Source of the DNA: the human T2T-CHM13v2.0 reference genome, Homo sapiens | DNA length: 64,000 nucleotides | Assembly: GCF_009914755.1 (NCBI RefSeq) | Contig: NC_060937.1 | Direction: 5' to 3' (one strand) | Shown here: positions 51,880 to 64,000 of the stretch, in pieces | Layout of the letters: every line of letters starts with the position of its first letter | How positions within the stretch are numbered: the stretch's first letter is position 1 | Notes under the pieces: model-generated | The model's database searches: none | What the model was told of the DNA's origin: nothing | Seen by the model: the letters and a program-made list of their open reading frames with translations, nothing else | Translations under genes and position numbers: made by a program

Positions 51880-54775
51880 ATATAGTACCCAAGTCTAAAG
51901 TATACAGTTAGTTGAATGTTTGTATTTGCATATGCTCATTAGCTATCACCCAGATAAGATATAAAACATTTCTAGCCCTTCAGAAGGCATCCTCTTTCCC
52001 CTTCCCAGTCAATATCTAACCCCGGTGTAAACTGCTGTCTGACTACTGTCTCTTGTTTTGCCTGCTATTAACTTCATGTAAATAGATTCATACAGTGTAT
52101 ACTTTTTTGGCCCTGACTTAACATATCTGTAAGATTCATATATTTTGCATGTTCAGTAGTTCATTTTTTAATTGTTGTGTAGTAATTTCATTATATATAT
52201 TCACCACAATTTACTCATTCTGTTACTGATGGACATTTGGGATGTTTCTAGTTCTTGGATATTGTAAATAAAGCTATTATTAATAGTCTTATACATGTGT
52301 TGGTGGACATAAGTTTTTATTTCTCTTGTATGTATGCCCAGAAATGGAATATCTGGATTATAAGATTGATTAGCTTTACTAGATATTGCTAAGTATTTTT
52401 CCAAAGTAATTGTCCTAGATCACTTCACCAGAAATGTGGGAGTTTCAGTTGTTCCACATTCTCTCCAGTACGTGATGTTGTTAGTCTTTTTAATTTTAGG
52501 CATTGTAGAAAGTGTGTGGTGGTATTTCATTTGCTTGTAGTTTGCATTTTTCTCAAGATTAATGGTGATGAACAATTTTTCATGTTTATTGGCTGCTGGA
52601 TGTACTTTCTTTTGAAGTTGTCTTTTAAAGACTGTTGCAGAGAGTCCTTACTGGGTTGTTACCTTTTTCTTATTGACTTATAAGAGTTTTCAAACATGTG
52701 TTTGGATACAAGTCCTTTATGGAATAATAAGCATCACAGATATTTTCTATCACTTTTTGAACTGTCTTTTCACTCTCTTAGTCATGTATTAGATTAACAG
52801 AAATTCTCAATTTTTAATTCAGTCTTGTATAACAAGCTTTTATTTCATGATTAGTTCCTTTTGTGTCCTGTTTAAGAAATCTTTGGCTATCTCAAGGTCA
52901 TGAGGACATTCTTCTGTATTTTTCTCTAAGAAGCTTGATTATTTTAGCTTCCACATTTAGGCCTTCAATCCATCTCAAATTTTTGAGTATGGTATGAAGG
53001 TAGGGGTCAAGTTTAATTTGTGTGTGTGTGTGTTGTTTAAATTACTTTATTTTCCTTGCTTTCAATTTTTCTTGCCTTTGGCCTTGATCCGTGTCGTAAT
53101 GTCTGGTAAAATATAACAATACCTAATACCATGTTCTCATAGTAGGTCTTCAACAGATGTTTGATAGATTGAAAAACTAGAAGAGCCTTAGAAGCTAATC
53201 TTCTCAGTCATCTTTGTCCTTAGCTACATATGTATTTCTTAGGTTACCTGAGACTTTTATGTTTTTTTCCAGTTAAGTTGATATTTAATAATTGGTTGTC
53301 TTAGTACCAGTAGTGTAGTTGCAGGTGGTTTTTGTGCTGCGATGCAGGTATACCCTTTCTTAAATTAAAGATTCAGTCTGAGTTTGTTGGGGATACTTAT
53401 CTCGGGTGAGCAATTGATGGGGCTCCGCATTAGAAAGGCAATATATGGCTCAAGGAGAAATCCTGGGCTTTGGAGTCTGATAGAGCTGTACTCAAATTCT
53501 AACTTTTCCAATCATTATGACTTTCAGTAAGTTGTCACTATGTAATTGAGTTTTTACTAAATGTAAAACAAAGAATTACGGCACAGTCAACGTAGATTAA
53601 CCTGCCCTAGGTCACATAGTCACTAAGGGTGAATATATATCCAGGTCTGCCTAATTGCTAAGCCTGTGCCTACTTCCTGGTGGATGTTCCATACATAATA
53701 GTTCCTTTTAACATTTTCCTTTTATTTATTTTTAATTTTTATAAATTTATGAGATACTAATGCAGTCATGTTACATTTATATATTATGTAATGGTGAAGT
53801 CTGGGCTTTTAGTGTAATCATCACCTGAGTACTGTATATTGCACCCAGTAGGTAATTTCTCATCCCCCATTCCCCTCCCACCCTCCCAACCTGTCTGAGT
53901 CTCCATTGTCTATTATTCTACTCTGTGTCCATGTGTACACATTATTTAGCTCCCACTTATAAGAACATGCAATATTTGACTTTGTTTATTTCACCTAAGA
54001 TTATGGCCTGAAGTTCCACTCATGTTGTTGCAAAAGAAATGATTTCATTCTTTTTCATGGCTGAATAGTATTCCATGGTGTGAGTGTATGTGTATATATA
54101 TGTGTGTGTGTATATGTGTGGTGTGTGTGTATATGTGATATGTAACACATATATGTGTGTGTCCACAAATATATATGTGTTATATGTACACACACACCAC
54201 ATTTTCTTTATCCAGTCATCTGTTGATGGGCACTTAGGTTGATTCTGTATCTTCGCTATTGTGCATATTTTCATGTGGATATACACTTGATCCAGCACCA
54301 TTTATTGTAAAGGCCATCCATTCCCACTGCAGTGAAGTGGAAATGGTCATAAATTACATGACCATGTATGTGGATTTGTTTGGTAATTGTGTATTCCATT
54401 GATTTATTTTAGATTATTTATTTATTCCATTGATTTCATTTTATTTAGAATCAACTTGTGCATTTTTAAAATAAAAAAGCTTTCTGAGGCTTTGATTAAA
54501 TCTATAGATCAGTTGAGGAGAAATTAATATCTTAATGATACCAAGATTTCCAATTTATGAATATCATATATCTCTCCATTTACTTAGGTCTTTAGTTTCT
54601 CTCACTAACCTTTCATAGTGTTCAGGCCTTGCACATCTTTTGTTAGATTTATTCCCAGATATTGAGTGGTTTTTTTGATGCTTTTGAAACTTATTTTTCT
54701 CTTTAAATTTTATTTTACACATATGTATTTCTAGTATAGAGTTGATTTTGATCGTTGATTCTGTTTCCACATACC
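51880..54775 (-). mobile_element. Fragmented ancient L1 (L1M-type), antisense, with later insertions
   Basis: L1 3' UTR/ORF2 text at about 51880-53020, resuming at about 54265-54775 (ORF track 52201-52404 and 54564-54770 resemble decayed ORF2). Confidence 0.75.
53720..54265 (-). mobile_element. L1PB/L1MA-type 3' end containing a (TG/TA)n expansion
   Basis: ggtgaagtctgggcttttagtgt...tttagctcccacttataag...gatgggcacttaggttgattc; simple repeat at about 54078-54197. Confidence 0.85.
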
Positions 54776-55877
54776 TTTAAGGCAGTTTGTTTTTGAGTGC
54801 AAGAGTAAGCCATTGAAGATTTGGTCTCACATCTTCATTTTTGAAAGCATTTTAAAAATATCATTGGGACTGCTGTATGGAGAATGGAAAGTGGGTATGG
54901 AGGAGCAAATTTGGAAGAAAGGAGACCACTTAGGAGACTCTTAGAGTAAGTAAACCTGGCAAAAGTGGCCTACTATAGAGTAGTAGCATAGGATGATTTG
55001 GATCATTTGCATTTGGAATATATTTTAATGGTTTAGAGATAATTCAGTAAATTAAATGAGGGAAATGAAGAAAAGAAAAAAATCAACAAATACTTTTCGG
55101 TTGTTGATCTGATTAACTGGATATCATTAATGCTTAAATACCCCCATTTAATGTTTGTAAAATAAAAAGTGATAACTATTGTTCCTACTCCCTTTTGTAT
55201 TTCATACAAACTCTAAGTTCTTTAGAAGATTTTTCTTTTTTAAATAGGGCAGTGAAGACATTAGCTGGTTCTTTCTTTTCTTTTTTTTTTGACATTAGCT
55301 TTTGTTTTTGACGAAAGAAAAATTTTAACTTTACCATATAATGCTAATTTCTGTCTTTTAAAAAATATTAACTTATAAAACAGTATATCTAATTTTACTT
55401 TTGTTTAAGATTACATTGGAGCCCATGAGTGGGCTTCTATTAATCTATAATTGTTTCTGTAATTTTCCATGTTTATCTTTTTTTTTTGAGAAACAAATGG
55501 TAAACTCAATGATATTCTTAAAGAAGTCTGCCTTCCTCCTCCACCTGTAACATGTAAGAATCACCGGTTTGAAAAGTTTAAAGCATATGAGTCACAAGGA
55601 TATAAAATTAGCTAGCAAAATTTCAATGTAGCAAAACATTTAGGAAGAAAGGATGCGTTATGTAAACTTGAAGAAGGCCTCAAATAGGTTGTAAGATACT
55701 GGGGCCATTAGTGCTCATAGACTTCAATGTGGTCACGATCTTAAGAAACAGCTGTTAATAGCACCTTATCATAGATTCCCTACAGAAGAATCTAAGAGCT
55801 ACAGCATCCTCTCTGAAAAAATTAACTTTATAGAATTCAAGTAAAAATATCACCTATGAAAATCAAAATTAACACTT

Positions 55878-56140
55878 CGGTGTAGTGGTTATAAGCGTGA
55901 CCTTTGGAGTCAATGCTTGGGTGAGAGTCTAAGCTCTGCCCCTTCTAAGAACAGTGGGACCTTTGGAAGGTTATTTAATCTGTCCCTACTTTAGTTTCCT
56001 CATATATAAAATTTGATATTATTCCTTCCTCCTCCTTCTCATCAGTCTTACTCATCTTCTGTAAAATGGGAATGATATATACCTTAGGCTCATTAGGATT
56101 AAATGAAGATCACATGTAAAATACATGGTACAGTTTTTAG
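55878..56140. mobile_element. MIR SINE remnant
   Basis: gtgtagtggttataagcgtgacctttggagtca...ctgtaaaatgggaatgat...aggattaaatgaag. Confidence 0.75.
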
Positions 56141-56279
56141 ATTATTTTTTCACATTACAAAATACTCATTTTGAAGATAGAAATATAAAGAAAGTTTAAA
56201 CATGACTATAGGTAACATTCAGCATTTTTAATATTTCAGTCTTTTAAAAATATGAGTGTACACACACCCGTACACATGA

Positions 56280-56591
<312 letters not shown>

Positions 56592-57888
56592 CCTGATGTG
56601 TATCTTGCATTTTTCATTTAACATATTATTGGGGCTTAATAAAATCTTAATTCTTTTTTTTGGAAACATCTTTAATACTGTACTTATGGATCCCATTCTT
56701 CCACGTAGAAGCCAGTTTTAGATGAATTATTTTAGTTCATTTTCCCTATTAAATAGCATTTATAATGCCAAAATATTCCCTCATAATACTGTTGGAACAT
56801 GTCTGTTGTCCAGAGGCTTATTAAGAAATGACTTACTGTTTAGTCCCTTGGTATTTCAAAACAATTGATTAAATATGTAGTGGTATATGTATATGTTTTA
56901 TGTTGTAACTATGCTGCAGGAACATAAATTGAATGTAAGTGACCATAGTCAACAGTTTTTATTGATATCCATTATGCTTAAAACATTGTGAAAGATAGAG
57001 CAGTTAAGAAGATATGTGCCTGAAATAAGGAGTCTAATCTGTTTGAAGTAGACGTTCTCACATGTCATTTTAGTAGCCTTGTACTTTGGATTTAAAAACA
57101 AGCAAAGATGTTTGCTTATTGTCCCTAAGGGAGTATGCTTTGAATATAACCAGTTATTTTGTATCCATTCATTCACATGAACCTACTTAGGTTAGTGGAA
57201 CATAACCATGGTATAGGTATTTGGAAGTAATGTGGCCATGTTTGCAACAAAGCTTACCTGCCCGAGCAAGTACTTGCATGCCTGCTGTAGATACTCAGCG
57301 AAGTGTCATGTGGCCAACGTCAGGTTACAACTCTAGTTAAGATTTTTGAGAGTTTAAGATCATGACAAAAATAGAGGGAAAAGTCAAACATACAGAATAA
57401 GAAAGAGGGAAATCTTTATTTGTAAGGCAAAAGTTCACATTTTCTTCAACTTTCTGTCAGTATGTAAGATTTCTATGAATAGCTCAAGTCCTGGCATAAG
57501 TAGCAGTGATAATATTAACACCTCTTTCTCCCAGTCACATCATTCTGAGGATGCATCTGCCACTCACTTACTGATGCTGACTGGTTTCCAAGGAAGTGGA
57601 GTGTGAATAAACTTGGATTTTCTACACAGCTTAAAGCTTATAGGAATTTCTGTATTATGATTATTGTTTTACATGAAGTTCATAAATTGTTTGTTTCAAA
57701 TGGTTGCTACTACCTGTTTTAGGCTCTCTAAATAACAAAGCCCACTTAATTCTAGTATTTGGCCTCCACAGCCTTATATGGAGATATGAAAGACATAGTA
57801 AAGAGGGTCTCTTCCCTAAGGGAGATTATGGTTAGTATAAAGTAAGTGCAAGAATGCATTGGAGGGACTTCAAAAGAAATATAGACTT

Positions 57889-58232
<344 letters not shown>

Positions 58233-58688
58233 TTACAAAATGAAACTAAAGTGACAAAAGTGAGCTATTTCTCCTCCTTAGATTTTCTTTCTGTTATTCT
58301 GCTACAGGATTTTATAGTCACAAAGTTTGTTTATCTGAAAAACTGCCATAATTTTCACTTAGCTTTAGAAGTGTGGTTCTTACCTTGTTGCCGATCTAAT
58401 GGATGTGTGTAAAAACACCTCATAGAATGGCAGTTTGTTGAATGACTTGAGTTCAAGTAGCACTCACTTGCAATGATTTACCATCAACTCTAACTGTGGC
58501 AAAGTGTGACTTTAGCCTTAAATTTAAACTCCTTAAAGACCTTATTTCAAGGGGGAAAAAAATTTCCTTTCAACTTTCTCCCATCAGTGTGTAAGTTTTA
58601 CATCATTGGTCTTCTGTTTTGTTTGGCAATTAAAAATCTCTTGTGTTAATTTTTGAAAGTTTTTTTTTTTAAGATTTATTGCTTCCAA

Positions 58689-59657
58689 GTGCAACAAAAA
58701 TAAAAATAAATAAATGGGATCTAATTAAACTAAAATGCTTCTGTATAGCCAAAGAAATAACCATCAGAGGAAACACACAACCCACAGAGAAAATATTTGC
58801 AAACTACGTATCTGAAAAAGGACTGATATCCAGAATAGAAGGAACACAAACAAATCAGCAAGAAAAAAACAAATAATCCCATCAAAAAGTGGGCAAATGA
58901 GATGAACAGCCATTTCTCAAAAGAAGATATACAGATGGCTAACAAACATATGAAAAATGCTCAACATCACTAATCAAGGAAATGCAAATTAAAACCACAG
59001 TGAGACACCACCTTACTCTTGTAAGAATGGCCATTATTAAAAAGTGAAAAAAAAAAACATATTGATGTGGATATGGTGAAAGGGAATGCTTATATACTGC
59101 TGGTGGGAATGTAAATTAGTACAACCTCTATGGAAAACAGTAGGAAGATTTCTTAAAGAACTAAAAGATCTACCATTCAATCCAGCAATCCCACTACTGG
59201 GTATCTACCCAAAGGAATAGAAGTCATTATATCAAAAAGACACTTGCACACATGTGTTTATTGCAGCACGGTTGCAGTTGTAAAGATATGGAACCAGCCT
59301 AAGTGCCCATCAACTAATCAGTCGATAAAGAAATTGCAACAACTTGAATGGAGCAGGAGGCCATTATTCTAAGTGAAGCAACTCAGGAATAGGAAGCCAA
59401 AAACTGTATGTTCTTACTTGTAAGTGGGAGCTAAGCTATGGGTACACAAAGGCACACAGAGTGATATAATGTACTATGGAGACTCAGAAGGGGGAGAGGA
59501 TGAGGAGTGAGGGATGAAAAATTACATATTGGGCACGATATACACTACTTGGATGATGGGTGCACTAAAATCTCAGACTTCGCCACAGTACAATCATCCA
59601 TGTAACTAGAAACCACTTGTACACCAAAAGCTATTAAAATTTAAAAAAAATTTTTTA
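58689..59657 (+). mobile_element. L1PB-type 5'-truncated LINE, sense, perfect 18-bp TSD
   Basis: ORF2 C-terminal remnant ([11 protein letters not shown]) plus 3' UTR; AAGATTTATTGCTTCCAA at 58671-58688 and 59658-59675. Confidence 0.92.
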
Positions 59658-59691
59658 AAGATTTATTGCTTCCAAAAGACACTATATACTC

Positions 59692-59742
59692 CTCTCTCTC
59701 TCTCTCTCTGTATACACACACACACACACACAAACACACACA
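59692..59742. repeat. (CT)n-(CA)n compound microsatellite
   Basis: Read directly. Confidence 0.93.
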
Positions 59743-60544
59743 TACTATATATTATAGTTTATAACCTAGAAGAGAAAATTACACATTAAACATTTAGGTT
59801 CTTAATCATACAAGGTTTGTAGTTCTACTAGAGCTGTACTCCTCATCTAGCTTCCCTGGAGGATTTATTAGATTTTTTTTTCTGTTTATGAAAGGTATTG
59901 GGAACTGACACATAACGTGTTTGCTCTGGTTTCTATAGCTGTCTATTTCTATATTATAGCTATTAGAATGCTAGCAGATCTTTCTGATTTGTTCTAAGCT
60001 AAAGATTCCACTGAAAAAAATTTGAGTATCTTCAGTTTATATTTCTTATGTATATGCATGCACATATATGGAATAGCTTTATATTTAAATTTTTGGAATT
60101 ATGAGTATGTTGATTTCTATTAAATGTATATTTATTTTTAAAAACAAATGGAAACACAAGAAAATAACACTCATCTACATCCTGTCACCCTGAATTGACT
60201 GTTATTAACTGCTTGGTAGTTGGTTGTTTCTTTTAGGGGGCAGAGATCACTCTATTAATTTTGTAAAACTGATATGCATATATTTATACATAATTTAAAC
60301 CATGGAGAAGAGCACAAAGATGAAAATTTTTAAAAAACCCTCGTCTTGGAAATAACATTAGTTAACTTTATTATAATCAGTTTAACAACAGTCTGGATAT
60401 CATTTGAAGTAGGAATGATAAATAGAATACTTTTGTGAAGAAAAGATCATATTCTGGAGGTTTTTTTTAAGTTCACATTTATTTGAATCTAATGAAAGAA
60501 AAGGAGACAAAACTGAAGAAACTGTGGAACTTGAAATATGTATC

Positions 60545-62630
60545 TCTTCACCCAAGAAATATTTTCCTTCAATTTTGTAAGTTTTGGCTTTATGTGTTTT
60601 GGGGCTTTTTTGTTGGGTGCATATATGTTTATAATTATTTTATTTTCTTGATGGATTGACCCTTTTATCATTATCAGAATCTTTTATTTCTAGTAATTTT
60701 GTTTTAAAGTCTGTTTTGTCTGATATTAGTATATTAGTGTAGCTAATTTAATCTAGCTTTCTTTCAGTTATTGTTTGCAACGTATATCTTTTTATATCCT
60801 TGTACATCTAATTTATTTTTGTCTTAAAAGTGTGTCTCTTGAAGTTGGCATATAGTTGGTACATGGTGTGGTTTTTCAAATTAATCTGCTAGTCTCTGCT
60901 TTTTGATTGTCATGTTTAATCCATTTACACTTAATTTAATTGAGGGTAGAGTAGGATTTATGTCTGCAATTTGCCCTTTTGTTTTCTGTATGTCTTAAGT
61001 GATTTTTTTTTCTCTGTGTCCCTGTTACTTCTTTTACACTGAGTAGATACTTTCTAGTCTACTAATTTAATTCCCTTATTTAAACATATATGTATGTGGG
61101 TATAGGGTTAGTTATATTTCCTGAGTGGTGCCCTGGGAATTACAATTAGCATCTTAATTTATAACAACATACTTTGAATAGTATACAAAAACTTTGCTCC
61201 TACATAGCTCCATTCTCCTCTTCCTTTATGCCGTTATTAATACAGTTAAATCTTATTACATTGTATGCCCATCAACATAGACTTATAATTATTGCCTCAT
61301 GCAGTTTTCTTTTAAATTAGAGTTATGAACAAAAAATACATTAAAACTGTCTTTTATAGTTATCTTTGTTGGAGTCTTGACCAGTGCTCTATTTCTTTAT
61401 GTGGATCGAGTTACTTTCTAGTGTCCAGTTTTCCTTAGTATGTCTTGTAGGGCAGGTATGCTAGTGAAGAATTTTTGCCTTTATTTGGAGTGTCTTAATT
61501 TCCCCCTTACTCTTGAAGAATAGTTTTGCTGAATTTGAAATACTTGGTTGACAGTTTATTTCAGCCTGTGACTATGTCATCCAATATGCAGACTTCTGGC
61601 CTGCATGTTTTCTGGTAAGAAATCAGCTATTGATCTTGTCAAAAATCCTTGTTCATAGTGAGTTATTTCTTTTTAGTTGCTTTCAGGATTATCTGTCTTT
61701 TGACTGTTTGATTATGATGTGTGTTACTGTAGGTCTCTTGAGTTTATCTTTCTTGGGGGTCAGTTAGCTTCTTGGATGTTGATTAATGTTTTTTAAAGTC
61801 AAAATTGGTAATCTTTCTGTCATTGTTTCTTCACTGCCTTTTTTTCTTTGTTCTTTCCTTCTGGGCTTCCCCTTTATACTTATATTGTTAAATGGTGTCT
61901 TATCTCTGATGTTCTGTTCATTTTTTCAAATTCTTTTTCTTTCTATTTCTCAGACTCAATAATCTTTAAGTTCCTGTCTTTAAGTTCGCTGATTATTTAT
62001 TCCACCTGCTCAAATCTGCTGTAAGGCCAAGCACAGCAGTTCACACCTGTAATGATAGCATTTTGGGAGGCTAAGGCAGGAGGATCACTTGAGCCCAGGA
62101 GTTTGAGACCAGCCTGGGCAACATAGCAAGACTACCATCTCTACAAAAAAGAAAATTAGCGAGGCTTGGTGGCATGTGCCTGTAGTCCTAGCTGTTAATG
62201 CTTGGGAAACTGAGGTGGGATGATCACTCGAGCATGCAGTGAGCTGTGATTGCACCACTGCACTTTATCCTGAGTGACAGAGAAAGACCCTGTCAAAAAC
62301 AAAAAACAGAAACAAAAACAAAACCCTATAGTTAATTTTTCATTTCAGTTGTGTACTTTTTGACTCCAGAATTTCTCTTTGGTTGTATTTTATTATTCCT
62401 GTCTCTTTATTGATATTCTTTATTTGGTGAGACATTGTTTTCATACTTTAGTTCTTCAGACATGATTTTCTTCAGTCTTTGAACGTATCTAAAATAGCTT
62501 GTTTAAAGTCTTTGTCTAGTAAATCTAACATCTGGACTTCAGAGAATGTTTCTGTTGAGGTGTTTTTCTGTGCATGCTGTGCATGGACTATATTTTCTTG
62601 TTTGCTTGCATGTTTTATGATTTTTTTGTT
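60545..62630 (-). mobile_element. Old L1 (L1M) ORF1/ORF2-endonuclease region, antisense
   Basis: ORF 60489-60671(-) IKGSIHQENKIIINIYAPNKKAPK matches the L1 ORF2 endonuclease motif (NIYAPN). Confidence 0.82.
62025..62322 (+). mobile_element. Alu (AluJ-type), sense, nested in L1
   Basis: ggccaagcacagcagttcacacctgtaat... with an (A5C)n tail. Confidence 0.9.
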
Positions 62631-63674
62631 CTTGTTGTTTTTATGAAGGAGAGAGTATTTTTGGACATGCTTACTTTGCTATTCCTGGTGATGTCACTTA
62701 TGTATTAACTTTCTACATGAAACCATCTTATAATAAATGCCGATATTTGAAAATTCTTACACCTTTCTGCCTACCTGCCACTAAGATGTAGTCTCTTACA
62801 TTGTCTTCTAAGTGCTATTTTTAAAAAATTTACAAAATGTTACTTTATTAACATTGTAAGTATTCTGAAAATATTTTTAAAGAAATTCATAGGCACTTCT
62901 TTTTATGTATCATGGTGCCACCAAATAAGGATAGTGAACTTGGCATACCTTCTACTTAGTAAGTGCAAGGCATGTTACTCAGCCATGCAACAATCTCATT
63001 TAATATTTACAGAGTCCCTCTGAAGCTCTGAAAACTTAAGTAACTTGCTGAAGATTACACAACTAGTAAGTGATAGATCCAAGATTTGAACTTAATGTGT
63101 TTAACTCTAGAGCCCAATATATTAATGGTAATGTTATACTGTTTCTGTGAAGTGATTTTCAAAATGTGGGACCCATGGGTTACCTTCTTGAGAGACTCCT
63201 GGGGTGCTTGTTGAACTGTCAATTCCTGAACCCCTAACCTATACATATTGAACTAAAATCTCTGAAATTTGGGCCTGAGAGTAGGTGACGTTTCTCAATT
63301 ATATTATAGTTGGAATAGTGCTGGTCTATAGACTGCTTTTTTCTTATGATTTGGGCTAAAAAATAAAACAGTAGGCCATTTTAAATCCATATTAAAATGT
63401 AATTCTACAATTCAATTGAACACTAACTTTTCAAATTAATTTTTTGAATTTTAGAGTACAAGGTGACATATTCTGAGATAATCTGACAAAGAACTTTTCT
63501 CTCACTTTGTGTGCTGTTAATATAGTTCAAAGTAAGCTATTGATAAATTATAGGTTTCTAATGTGTGAGTCTGTGCTTTATAACTTTTACATTTTTTTTA
63601 CTATGAACTTACATTTATACATTAAAATTTAGTGGAAAAAATATAAGGAGTGGGTAAATCATCTCTTGTTTTAG

Positions 63675-63806
63675 GTTGAACTCCCACCACCTGATCTTGG
63701 ACCAAGTTCTGCACTAAATCAGACACTCATGTTGCTGCGTGAAGTTTTAGCATCTCACGATTCTTCAGTTGTACCATTAGATGCTCGTCAAGCTGATTTT
63801 GTGCAG
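63675..63806 (+). CDS. COG6: COG6 exon 14 (VELPPPDL...ADFVQ), 132 nt; gene continues downstream
   Basis: gttttag|GTT acceptor; CAG|gtatgt donor; phase 0/0. Confidence 0.97.
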
Positions 63807-64000
63807 GTATGTTATAAATTCATTTTTAATGATTGTTTTTTGCTCTTCTATTGTACACTGTGTTTCAATTCTGGAATTTTGTAATTCATATACTTTGACA
63901 GTCTCTTACTGTTAATTTTCCATCAAATATTAAACCAGTTATCATAACTTAAAAAGCATTGATTTATGTTTAATCTTTTCCTACGTGCTTCTATAAATTG

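Noticed and set aside
58679-60671. ORFs with L1 ORF2-like peptides
   Set aside because: Short, disrupted fragments of dead L1 copies, with no intact reverse transcriptase or endonuclease.

Overview
Human-like (primate) genomic DNA containing the 5' part of COG6 (conserved oligomeric Golgi complex subunit 6) on the + strand. It runs from the CpG-island promoter through coding exons 1-14 (c.1-1416, 472 codons), and the gene continues beyond the window. I assembled the exons by hand from GT-AG boundaries; they join in one open frame that matches the COG6 protein as I recall it. The annotated MIR4305 locus lies antisense in intron 3. The introns are AT-rich and full of Alu, L1, L2, L3/CR1, MIR, MaLR LTR and DNA-transposon remnants, which explain nearly all the short ORFs in the track. 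I found no new gene, CRISPR-like array or foreign insert. The best leads concern RNA processing: a dual acceptor/donor (re-splicing-type) site at exon 10 behind a 76-nt intron, a minor-spliceosome-like intron 5, a latent poison exon in intron 1, and two frame-preserving, stop-free exon blocks flanked by inverted Alus (circRNA candidates). Repeat subfamily names come from recalled consensus sequences, and repeat boundaries are approximate.
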